Source of the DNA: Deltaproteobacteria bacterium
GTDB lineage: Bacteria; JAEEML01
Assembly: GCA_016283195.1 (NCBI GenBank)
Contig: JAEEML010000162.1
Span: forward strand, 1-34,865
Direction of reading: 5' to 3'
Length of the DNA stretch: 34,865 nucleotides
The notes below the pieces were generated by a model. That model searched no databases. It worked only from the letters and a program-made list of their open reading frames with translations, and was not told the DNA's origin. Made by a program: the position numbers and the translations under genes. Positions 9,045-18,192 of the stretch are shown here, in pieces (position 1 is the first letter of the stretch; the number at the start of each line of letters is the position of its first letter).

Positions 9045-11258
9045 TTAGAAATCTTCTTCGGCACCTTTACGGAAGACATTGAAATCGGCTTTAATACCGC
9101 GATGTTCCAAATCTTCATAGAATTTCGGCACAAAGCCTGTCGGCACATGGCGCCCAACCACTTTGCCCTTTTCGTTGTAGCCGTCTTGTTTAAAGACGAA
9201 AATATCCTGCATGGTGATAACATCACCTTCCATGCCGGTAACCTCTGTAATGTGAGTAATACGGCGCGAACCATCAGGGAAACGGCTCTGTTGCACAATA
9301 AGGTCAACAGCACCGGCAATTTGATCGCGAATAGCCTTAATGGGGAGTTCCATACCACTCATAAGCACCATGGTTTCAAGACGCGATAAGCAATCGCGCG
9401 GAGTATTGGCGTGCAAAGTGGTAAGTGAGCCATCGTGACCGGTATTCATGGCCTGAAGCATATCGAGAGTTTCTCCGCCACGACATTCACCAACAACAAT
9501 GCGGTCAGGACGCATACGGAGACAGTTTTTCACCAAATCGCGAATAGTCACTGCGCCCTTGCCTTCAATATTGGGCGGGCGGCTTTCCAGGCTGACAACG
9601 TGCGGCTGCGCCAAACGAAGTTCGGCGGCATCTTCAACGGTAACAATACGCTCAGTCTCGGGAATAAAAGAAGAGAGGACATTGAGCGTCGTAGTTTTAC
9701 CGGAACCAGTACCACCGCTAATAACAATATTTTTGCGAGCTACAACAGCAATTTCAATAAAGTTGGCCATTTCCGGGGTCAAAGAGCCAAAACCGACCAA
9801 ATCTTTAACTTGCAAGGGGTCATGCTTAAATTTACGAATGGTCAGACAAGGTCCTTTAAGAGCCAGCGGCGGAATAATGGCATTAACACGGGAACCATCT
9901 TTAAGACGGGCATCAACCATCGGGGAACTTTCATCAATACGCCGGCCCAAAGGAGCTACGATACGCTCAATAACACCCATAACAGCTTCGGCAGAAGAAA
10001 AAGTACAGCTGGAAAGTTGCAATTTACCCTTCTTTTCAATGTAAATCTGATCGGGCCTGTTAACCATAATTTCGCTGATATCATCATCGGCAATAAGCGC
10101 TTCGAGCGGCCCCAGGCCCAAGGATTCATTGATAACATCATTTATCAATTGATCCACATCTAGGCCTTCCGGGAGCTCGCCGTTCATATCCATCTGATCA
10201 ACTATTTCTTCAATAGCATCACGAGAACGCGCTTTAAGTTCTTCTTCACCCATGGATTGTACATCCACGCGGCGCAAATCAAGAGCCTGCACCAAGCGCT
10301 CTTGCACAACAGCCAGCGCTTTAGCGTAATCATCAATATTTTCCGGTGCTTGAGCTGCTACCGGTGCCGGACGCGGTGCCGGTGCCGGACGCGGTGCCGG
10401 TGCCGGAGCAGGAGCCGGGCGGGCTGCCGGAGGTTGCGGTCTGGACACTGGCGGCGGTGTCACTTCTTCTTCTTCAAAATCATCTTCAAATTCTTCTTCA
10501 AACGGCTCCTCTTCGAAATCATCGGCCGGTGGCGGCGGCGGAACAGGAGCAGCAACAGGAGCAGGTGCATGAGGTGCGCCTTTGCCGGGAAGTGGTGCTC
10601 CACCAACAGGCGGCGGCGTCACTTCATCAAATTCATCATCATCGTCATCATCAATAGGCGGCGGCGGTGGCAAAGGACGGCGCACAGCCCCCGGGCTGGC
10701 CACAGGTTCAGCCGCACTAATAATATTGTTGAGCTCTTCTTGGCTTACACGTGGTCGCCCGCCTGCCCCTTTTGGGGCTTCGCTTACCGGCTGACCGGCA
10801 CTGTTAATGAGATCATCGAGATTAAAATCATCATCCTGCCCACCGGCAGCCGGTGCTTCCTCTTCTTCTTCCCATTCATCGCCCCAGTCATCAGAGCCGA
10901 GATTCATCTCTTCAACATCCCACTGAGCACTACCGTTTTCTTCGCCAACATCAACCGGTGAAGGCTGTTCCTGGCCCTCTATTTCAATTATGAAATTACC
11001 GCATTGAATTTTGTCGTTTAAACCGACTTGCATGCTGCCAGTAACTTTGTGGCCATTTAAAAAAGTACCGTTGGTGGAATTCATATCATTGATAAGATAA
11101 TCATTGCCGCGCTTAATAATTTGCGCATGGTGCTTGGATATATTATTCTTGGGCAGAATAATATCATTGCCTTGCACCCGGCCGATAGTTACCTGATCTT
11201 GGTCAAACTCCTGAACAACTGTCTCGCCGCCTTTTTCAGTAATTTTCAGAGTAATCAT
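9045..11258 (-). CDS. cpaF: Tad/Flp pilus ATPase (CpaF/TadA family) with N-terminal FHA domain and acidic Pro-rich linker; KilF-like
   Basis: FHA: IGR...ISKHHA...DMNSTNGTFLNG. ATPase: EIMVN, IDESSPMVDARLKDGSRVNA, SGGTGSGKTT, EDAAEL, LRMRPDRIVVGECRG, AMNTGHDGSLTTLHAN. Confidence 0.93.
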   Translation of the reverse strand: MITLKITEKGGETVVQEFDQDQVTIGRVQGNDIILPKNNISKHHAQIIKRGNDYLINDMNSTNGTFLNGHKVTGSMQVGLNDKIQCGNFIIEIEGQEQPSPVDVGEENGSAQWDVEEMNLGSDDWGDEWEEEEEAPAAGGQDDDFNLDDLINSAGQPVSEAPKGAGGRPRVSQEELNNIISAAEPVASPGAVRRPLPPPPPIDDDDDDEFDEVTPPPVGGAPLPGKGAPHAPAPVAAPVPPPPPADDFEEEPFEEEFEDDFEEEEVTPPPVSRPQPPAARPAPAPAPAPRPAPAPRPAPVAAQAPENIDDYAKALAVVQERLVQALDLRRVDVQSMGEEELKARSRDAIEEIVDQMDMNGELPEGLDVDQLINDVINESLGLGPLEALIADDDISEIMVNRPDQIYIEKKGKLQLSSCTFSSAEAVMGVIERIVAPLGRRIDESSPMVDARLKDGSRVNAIIPPLALKGPCLTIRKFKHDPLQVKDLVGFGSLTPEMANFIEIAVVARKNIVISGGTGSGKTTTLNVLSSFIPETERIVTVEDAAELRLAQPHVVSLESRPPNIEGKGAVTIRDLVKNCLRMRPDRIVVGECRGGETLDMLQAMNTGHDGSLTTLHANTPRDCLSRLETMVLMSGMELPIKAIRDQIAGAVDLIVQQSRFPDGSRRITHITEVTGMEGDVITMQDIFVFKQDGYNEKGKVVGRHVPTGFVPKFYEDLEHRGIKADFNVFRKGAEEDF
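10361..10407. repeat. 18-bp coding tandem repeat (about 2.6 copies) encoding APAPRP in the ATPase linker
   Basis: CCGGTGCCGGACGCGGTG at 10361-10378 and 10379-10396, then partial CCGGTGCCGGA. Confidence 0.85.
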
Positions 11259-11309
11259 AAAATATCTCCAGTTTAAATATATCTGATATTGCTAATAAAA
11301 TTTTATTTT

Positions 11310-12773
11310 TCAGTCAAAGATACTGAACTTAACTTCCGATTCGCCCATTTGATACCTTTTGGTAATACCAGTAATAGTTTTCTTTACCAAATCACTGGTA
11401 GGATCGATGAGGCGCGGAGTAACAAAAATAACCAAATCAGTTTTCTCTTCGCGGAAATTACGTGATTTAAAAAGCTCGCCCAAAATCGGAATATGGCCAA
11501 GGAGGCCGAGCTTGGCAACATCTTTGCCCTCTTTGCGCTGTACCAGGCCGCCCAGGACAATTGTCTCACCATCGCGCACGGTAACTGTGGTTTTAACACG
11601 GCGGGTAGAAAAACCGGGCACATCCATTACTGAAACAGATTGATCAACCGCACTAACTTCAGCCAAAATATCTGCCTGAATAGAATTTACATCCACATAA
11701 GGTGTGAGATTAAGTCTAACGCCGTATTCTTTAAACTCAATATTTACGCCATCAGCCGTTTTAATAACTATCGGCACTTCGCCTCCGACCAGAAATTCAG
11801 CTTTTTGCCCGGAAGCGGCAACCAAAGTCGGGCGAGCTAAAACACGAGTAGCACCATCATTAAAAGCCAGCGAGAGACCAAAAGAAAGATCGGACATACT
11901 ACCGCTATGAGTAAGACTATTTGGTGCTGTATTGGCATGTCCCACACCGGCCACCAAATTTGTTGTGGCTGACCAACCAACACTAACGGAGCCCACATAA
12001 TTCTGCGGCCAGGTAAAGCCGTAATTGCTGGTGCTATTTAAGGCCAATTCCACAAATTCTACTTCGGCCTGCACCATTTTTGAGGGGCCGATGCGCAGGA
12101 CACTCTGAACATTGCTGGAAATACTCTTAACCAAAATTTCCGCTTTTTTCATATCGCCTTCGCTGTTGACCGAGCCTTCCAAAAACACAGTTGAGCCAAC
12201 AACGGTAGCTTTGGCGTTATCCACACCGGCAGAGGAGAGCACTTTATTGATTTGCTGGGCAATAAGCGCATGAGCAGAAGGATCAAGTTTAACCAGGCTA
12301 CGCACTATCGGGCTATACAAGTTGGCCACTTCTTCAGCCCGCTCAATATCTTCAAGAGTGAGTGCTTTGCCATCAATATAAATGCGCTGGCCGCTGGTGC
12401 GCACATTAATGCCTTCGCGTTTGCCCAAAAGGCGGCTAACCTCGCGAGCCAGTTTAGGGATATCTACATCGGAAACATTAACAGAATATTTGGTTGTTTT
12501 GGTGCCGCGCCAAATGGTGAGTTCGGTAACACCGTTACTCACAGCAGTAATGATAATTTCACCGTTTTTGGTGGTTTTAACATTAATAACCGAGGAATTA
12601 CCAACAGAAACCCTTGTAACACCGCTCAAATTGAGCACCCGTTGCTGGCCGACAACCATGCTGATTGTCTCTTCGACATCGGCGCTTTGAGCCCAGGCAC
12701 TATGGCCGCTTATAGTAAATAACAAAGCCACTAACACAGCCATTTTTTTGGAAAAACTCAATTTTGTAAACAT
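11310..12773 (-). CDS. cpaC: Tad/Flp pilus secretin (CpaC/RcpA family, BON-like domains); KilC-like
   Basis: Signal peptide (AWA-Q), RVSVGNSSV pilus-N domain, VLARPTLVAASGQKAEFLVGGEVP, FKEYGVRL, GETIVLGGL, IPILGELFKS, LVIFVTP. Confidence 0.92.
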   Translation of the reverse strand: MFTKLSFSKKMAVLVALLFTISGHSAWAQSADVEETISMVVGQQRVLNLSGVTRVSVGNSSVINVKTTKNGEIIITAVSNGVTELTIWRGTKTTKYSVNVSDVDIPKLAREVSRLLGKREGINVRTSGQRIYIDGKALTLEDIERAEEVANLYSPIVRSLVKLDPSAHALIAQQINKVLSSAGVDNAKATVVGSTVFLEGSVNSEGDMKKAEILVKSISSNVQSVLRIGPSKMVQAEVEFVELALNSTSNYGFTWPQNYVGSVSVGWSATTNLVAGVGHANTAPNSLTHSGSMSDLSFGLSLAFNDGATRVLARPTLVAASGQKAEFLVGGEVPIVIKTADGVNIEFKEYGVRLNLTPYVDVNSIQADILAEVSAVDQSVSVMDVPGFSTRRVKTTVTVRDGETIVLGGLVQRKEGKDVAKLGLLGHIPILGELFKSRNFREEKTDLVIFVTPRLIDPTSDLVKKTITGITKRYQMGESEVKFSIFD

Positions 12774-12871
12774 GGTAGCACTCCTCTCTCGCCTTCCACT
12801 TTTACAGCCAAAGACTAGCTTTCTTTTTCACAAAATTAGAGGGCTTTTGTCAATGAAAATGAAAAGGGACA

Positions 12872-13567
12872 TCACTCTTTAACGGCAAGCCGCCCACTTT
12901 CGGTTACGGTGAATTTACCAAGAGTAACTTTATCGCCGGTTTTAGTGAGCATCTTTTCAAATGTAGCACGTGATTCCCGCGCCGTCCCGGGATAGAGAAT
13001 TACATCCCCCACCGCGAGGCTTTGCGGATAGCCATTATCACTGAAGTATTGCCCAAAAACTTCATAATCACCTCTGGGGGCGCTGGCTAAAGTATAAACT
13101 TCCGGGCCATAGCCATCAACATCATCGACATCCAGCATACCGCCGCTTTGTGTTTCTCTGTGACCATAAAAACACTCTTCGGCACTTGGCTCAACAACGT
13201 GTAAATCAACATCTGTGCCGTTGGTATCCCAATAAAGCAATACCTGGAGATCCAAATTGGGAACAATGGCATAAAAGTTAGTACTCGCCTTAACTACATC
13301 GCCATTTTTGCCCTTTACTTGCACTTCCACAAAATTGCGCCCTGGGCTGGCCATAAAAACAGCACTAAAAGCGCCATCGGAGTTAATTTGCAACGGGCGC
13401 TCGGTGCCGTTTATCACCAACATGGCGCTGGCGGCGTTTTTGGTGGTGCCGGTTACTTTGTTAATACGGGCAGAGGAATAGCCCCCGATAGGAGCGGTGA
13501 GCTTTACCTCCGGCGCTTTTTGCGGGGCCGTCAAAATCAAAGCTATCATAGTCGCTGTCAGTAACAT
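12872..13567 (-). CDS. yfaP: YfaP-family (DUF2135-like) exported protein
   Basis: Signal peptide and Ig-like N-terminus; LYWDTNGTDVDLHVVEP, LDVDDVDGYGPE. Located directly after the macroglobulin gene. Confidence 0.82.
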   Translation of the reverse strand: MLLTATMIALILTAPQKAPEVKLTAPIGGYSSARINKVTGTTKNAASAMLVINGTERPLQINSDGAFSAVFMASPGRNFVEVQVKGKNGDVVKASTNFYAIVPNLDLQVLLYWDTNGTDVDLHVVEPSAEECFYGHRETQSGGMLDVDDVDGYGPEVYTLASAPRGDYEVFGQYFSDNGYPQSLAVGDVILYPGTARESRATFEKMLTKTGDKVTLGKFTVTESGRLAVKE

Positions 13568-13578
13568 AACTTACTCCT

Positions 13579-16500
13579 TTACTTCACAATAGTGATTTTC
13601 TGGCTGGCGGAATAGCCCTGCTGTTTGGGGAAATACATGAGCGAGGCTTTGGCCGGCATAGCGGTATATTCACCGGCAAAAACGGCACGCACCAAATAGC
13701 GCATATTCATGGTGCCGCTTACTCTGGTTTTAAAGTAAGCTACTTTATCAGCCCTTATTTCGCGATGAATTTCATCCTGATTCAAAAGATTGCCGTTAAT
13801 GGTAATGCCATTATCCTGATCCATCACCTCCACACCTGCCGGAAGCGGATCTTCAACCATTACATAATCAAGCGCTTTGCCTTCTCCGGCGCTTGGGGTA
13901 ACTGTAAGCTCCACCATATAGAGCTTGCCGGCTTTAAATTCTGTGACTTTGGAGCCGGCTTCGTAGCTGCTACCACTGGTATTAACTTCATAATAATCGC
14001 GACTTACCTTAAAGGTTTTGCTCATGGCCGGCACCGGGGCACTACCATAGAAAACGAGCTCACTATTAAATACCACATCGCCGCCGCGCCCGCTTATGGA
14101 TATTTGGTTATCCTGCTTTACATCAGGCACCTTGGCTGTAATATCCAAAGCATCCTTTTTGAAAATTTCGTTACCTTTAAGGGCGACATTACCTAATGCT
14201 TTATCGTTTAGTTTGGCGGAGATAGCTATTTCCGGCATATTATCGCCAAATTTGCCGAGATAATCAGCCATGAGGTAAACAACCGCCGCTGTATCTCTGG
14301 TACTTTGCCAATAGGCACCCTGTTTTTGAGCCATAAGCCAGCGCATAATAGCCTTAATTTGAGCTTCATTGTCACCGCCGGCGGCTATAAGCGCCCGGCC
14401 GACAGCAGCTGTAGTTTCTATCGGATCTCTAAACCAGTCATATACTTCGGCTTCCGGGTCACCAAAGTAGAGCATATCATTCTCTTCGTCCTGGCGGGCA
14501 CTACCCATAATATCGGAAATAGCGGCCAGGGCCTCCTGTTTCATGCCTAAGCGGCTATAGGTAAGAGATATAAGAGCCTTGCCGTAAACAGTGAGGCCGC
14601 CGTTACCGGACAATTTGCGCACTTGCGATTTAACGGCGGCATCGTTGGTCAGCGAGAGAGCATATAGCGCATAAGCCATGACATTGGGATTATCCCGCCC
14701 ATTAGCCACTAAGTCTTTAAGCGCCTGCTGGCCATTGCGGTACATCTCGGCAGGTACTTGCACTTTAGCCCTTTTAGCCATAGAGAGTCCGTATATAACA
14801 TGAGCTGTCATAAAGGTATTGCCTTGCGGATCATTTTGCCACCAGCCCCAGGAGCCGTTCCAAAGTTGCATAGAAGCCAAACGGCTAAGACCGGCTGTGA
14901 TATATTCATTAAGGCGGCTCGCCAGCGGTTTATCGTCAATTTTGAGTTGTTGCATAGTCTGGTGGGCTATGACATCCGGCAAGAATCCGCTCATAGTCTG
15001 TTCAACACAGCCATAAGGATAAGTTGTAAGATAATCCAGAGCCTCCACCATAGTGCCCAAAATGGCGCTGCCGGCGGTCAAATGCAAACTGGCGGTAGAT
15101 AAATCGGTGCCATCAGGGAAAGCCATATTAAAGCTATAATCAAGGTCACCCTCACCTTGCGGTTTCAGCCAACCACCTTGATATTTCACCTGCTCCATAC
15201 CGTTTGGCAAAACAGGAATGGCGATTTCCATAGCATCGCTCACCGCACCGCTGGCGGCTGCCGTTAAAGTCGCCGCGCCTTGGGACGCCGCTGAGAGAGT
15301 GTAGGTATTTACATCCTGCGCCGCCGCAGCCACTTTGGCCTCCTTGGCACTGCCGGAAAGGTCGCCATTTTTAGCATCAAGAGAGATTTTGAGCGCCGCT
15401 TCTTTTTCCAGATTATTGCGCGCCACAACCTGATAAGTGGTTTTATCGCCGGCCACCAGGTAAGCCGGGCCGGAGAGCATAACTTCCACATCTTTAGCTG
15501 TCACTAAAGAGCCTTTACCCTTACCGAGAGCTGTATCTTGAGTAATGGCCCAAGCTGTCACTCGCCAGCTAGTGAGATTATCCGGCAATTTGAACTTCAC
15601 CACTGCTTTGCCGTTTTTATTTGTATTTACAATACCTTGCCAGAAAGCGGTATCTTTAAATTCTTTGCGTACTTTGGAGGCTAAGATTTTCTCGGCGCCA
15701 AATGAGTGCGGCGGCAAAGTGCGCCCCAGAGCCAAAGCCACATCTTCGGAATAGCCATAGAAGCGGAAGAGCTGGCTAAAAGTGGTGCGGATATTATTGC
15801 GTTTTTTCTCATAGAAAAACTCTTCCAATGTCAAATTAAGCTCGGGCGTAATGTCATAAACGGCCTCATCAACCACAGCCACAGCCAGTTCAGCCGCCAC
15901 CGGTTTGCCGTTTACATCATTTACCGTTATTTCAACAGTAGCTTCATCTTGCGGTAAATATTTATCTTTTTGTGCTTTTACGCCAATATTCAGGAATTTA
16001 TCAACCGGCGGCACGATAACCGAGCGATTACTCTTGAAGAGCTCACCTTTATAAACAGTAGCTGCCGCCACTTGGAAGTTGGGCACCTCAGCCACACTCA
16101 CCGGCACTTCATAATATGCGGTGTTGTTTTTAACAGGAATCACTTTGGCATCAAAAAGCTTGGAGCCCTCACTGGAAGCCAAAACATAACCTTCGGCAAA
16201 CGGAGCCACAATAAGAGCTTTTACTTTGTCGCCCTGTTTATAGCTAAGACGGTCCACAACAACTTGTAATTGTTCAGGAATATATTTTAAATTATCGTTC
16301 CCTGTGCTCACCATAATGAGCTGCTCTGCTTTAACTTCTTCATCGGAGCTCCTAGCTACAGCTTGGATTTTGTACACACCGGGTTCCGCCACAGTAAAGG
16401 CGATTTTGGCATTACCATGCTCATCGGTAACCGCTTTCTCGGTTTGGACTACTTTGTCATCGCTATTGGAAAGCAGTTTAACTTCTACATTTTGGCCTTT

Positions 16501-18192
16501 AAGTCCATCCTGGCCGTAATCGGCGGCGGTAACCGTTACTTCATATTTCTCACCCGGAGCCACCAAAAGGCGTTCGCTCAAAAGACGCAAATAAAATTCA
16601 CCGACCGTCACTTTGAAATTTTTGCGCCCGACAATTGGCCTATCTTGATTATCGGTCACTGTGGCCACTATCTCATAGGTGTAATCGCCATCGCCGGGAT
16701 TTAATTGATATTCAAAGGGAAGTTGGCCGTTTTTATCTAAAGCGCCGCTACCCTCACCCATTTTTTCTCTGATGCTGTTATAAGCTTCTGTATCGTTGTA
16801 ATACCATTTATAATCAGCATTTACCCACCAGGGAATATAGAACTTGGTGCGGAAAATTTCATATTCAACTTTAGCTCCGGCCAAAGCACCGCCGGAGAAA
16901 TAAGCGCCGGTGATGGTACCGGAAACAGTGTCATTTTGGTGATAAGCTTTTTTAGAGGTGGATACAGTAACTCTATATGTCGGTTTTACATAAGCTTTTA
17001 CAGTAAATTCACCGCTATAATCAGCATTATTATAAGTGGCAATCAGGCGGTGGACACCAAAAGTAACAGTTTCCGGGAGAGTTATAGAGCCATCAAAAGT
17101 GCCGTTTTTAGAAAGTGTTAGAGTCTGTGCTTGGCCCTTATTGCCCTTGGGGTCAACAGAAACAACAGTAACTTTGGAGCCGCTGGGCACACCATAACCT
17201 TTATCGGTAAGATTGCGCACCATGCCTTTAAAATGAAGCTCCTGGCCGGGTTTATAAACCGGGCGCTCGGTGAAAATATAGAGGCGCTCGCCGCTGGTTT
17301 GGCTAGCAGGATAAAAACGCGGATCGGCCAAAGCCACATCATCTCCGGCGACGGCATAAACCAGGGAATTGGCCGGCACAGCGGCTAGACGCACCAAACC
17401 GTTGGCATCGGAAATACCGCTGGCCAATTCTTTTTTGCTATTATCATAAATAGTAACTTTGGCTTCGGCAACCGGGGCACCGCTATCCGCTTTGGTAACA
17501 TAAACCAGAGTCTCCAGGCCATCCTGTTTAACTACCATGGAAATATCGGAAATAATAACAACAGTATGGGCGACTTTGCCGGCAGCTGCTTCAACCAGAT
17601 AAGCACCGCGCTCTTTTATGGGGAGAGGAATAGAGCGATAAGTCCAGCCGTATGGCTCGCTAATATCAATAATTTCGCGGTATATAAGAGGATTTTTTTC
17701 CAAAGGCGGCACAGATTTTACCACCGGCTCGCTAAGGCTATGGCGAATACGGCCACTCTTGGTTTGCACCACAGCCGAGGCTACACGCCGGCCTTCGTAG
17801 TTAAATTCGTCCTGAAGCGAATAATAGCTTTTGAGCAAAAGCTGGCGATAAATATCAGCCATGATATCGGCACCATCAAAGCGCCGTTTGCCATTTAGCA
17901 ATTTTGGGCGGTGCGGATCGGCCAGGGTTTGCAGGTAAGAAAGCGGCTCATCCAAGCGGTAAACACGCATTTCCATGCGTTCCACACCGGTTGTTTCGAG
18001 TTCTACCTGGGCCTTTTCATTAGGCTGAAAAACCTTCTTGGTTGACAGATAAAACTTGGGATTTAGCGGCATTGGCTCATCCATTTGTGCCAAACCGCTC
18101 AGCGGATACAACATAACAGCCAAAGCCATTAGGTATTTCGCCTGGCAAAGACGCCTTGTCCACACTCTTGTTTCTTTCATTTCCCTCTCCAA
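13579..18192 (-). CDS. bacterial alpha-2-macroglobulin (YfaS/MagD-type context) with intact thioester motif
   Basis: MG-domain motifs FTERPVYKPGQ, VKAYVKP, AVVDEAV, VRKEFKDTAFW, LPDNLTSWRVTA; YPYGCVEQT; GSWGWW; WQSTRDTA; VEDPLPAG; PAKASLMY. The start may be ATG 18180. Confidence 0.95.
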   Translation of the reverse strand: MEREMKETRVWTRRLCQAKYLMALAVMLYPLSGLAQMDEPMPLNPKFYLSTKKVFQPNEKAQVELETTGVERMEMRVYRLDEPLSYLQTLADPHRPKLLNGKRRFDGADIMADIYRQLLLKSYYSLQDEFNYEGRRVASAVVQTKSGRIRHSLSEPVVKSVPPLEKNPLIYREIIDISEPYGWTYRSIPLPIKERGAYLVEAAAGKVAHTVVIISDISMVVKQDGLETLVYVTKADSGAPVAEAKVTIYDNSKKELASGISDANGLVRLAAVPANSLVYAVAGDDVALADPRFYPASQTSGERLYIFTERPVYKPGQELHFKGMVRNLTDKGYGVPSGSKVTVVSVDPKGNKGQAQTLTLSKNGTFDGSITLPETVTFGVHRLIATYNNADYSGEFTVKAYVKPTYRVTVSTSKKAYHQNDTVSGTITGAYFSGGALAGAKVEYEIFRTKFYIPWWVNADYKWYYNDTEAYNSIREKMGEGSGALDKNGQLPFEYQLNPGDGDYTYEIVATVTDNQDRPIVGRKNFKVTVGEFYLRLLSERLLVAPGEKYEVTVTAADYGQDGLKGQNVEVKLLSNSDDKVVQTEKAVTDEHGNAKIAFTVAEPGVYKIQAVARSSDEEVKAEQLIMVSTGNDNLKYIPEQLQVVVDRLSYKQGDKVKALIVAPFAEGYVLASSEGSKLFDAKVIPVKNNTAYYEVPVSVAEVPNFQVAAATVYKGELFKSNRSVIVPPVDKFLNIGVKAQKDKYLPQDEATVEITVNDVNGKPVAAELAVAVVDEAVYDITPELNLTLEEFFYEKKRNNIRTTFSQLFRFYGYSEDVALALGRTLPPHSFGAEKILASKVRKEFKDTAFWQGIVNTNKNGKAVVKFKLPDNLTSWRVTAWAITQDTALGKGKGSLVTAKDVEVMLSGPAYLVAGDKTTYQVVARNNLEKEAALKISLDAKNGDLSGSAKEAKVAAAAQDVNTYTLSAASQGAATLTAAASGAVSDAMEIAIPVLPNGMEQVKYQGGWLKPQGEGDLDYSFNMAFPDGTDLSTASLHLTAGSAILGTMVEALDYLTTYPYGCVEQTMSGFLPDVIAHQTMQQLKIDDKPLASRLNEYITAGLSRLASMQLWNGSWGWWQNDPQGNTFMTAHVIYGLSMAKRAKVQVPAEMYRNGQQALKDLVANGRDNPNVMAYALYALSLTNDAAVKSQVRKLSGNGGLTVYGKALISLTYSRLGMKQEALAAISDIMGSARQDEENDMLYFGDPEAEVYDWFRDPIETTAAVGRALIAAGGDNEAQIKAIMRWLMAQKQGAYWQSTRDTAAVVYLMADYLGKFGDNMPEIAISAKLNDKALGNVALKGNEIFKKDALDITAKVPDVKQDNQISISGRGGDVVFNSELVFYGSAPVPAMSKTFKVSRDYYEVNTSGSSYEAGSKVTEFKAGKLYMVELTVTPSAGEGKALDYVMVEDPLPAGVEVMDQDNGITINGNLLNQDEIHREIRADKVAYFKTRVSGTMNMRYLVRAVFAGEYTAMPAKASLMYFPKQQGYSASQKITIVK

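Noticed and set aside
9102..10961. Long plus-strand ORFs opposite cpaF (242, 234 and 181 aa)
   Set aside because: Antisense shadows of a conserved gene, with no RBS or recognisable motifs.
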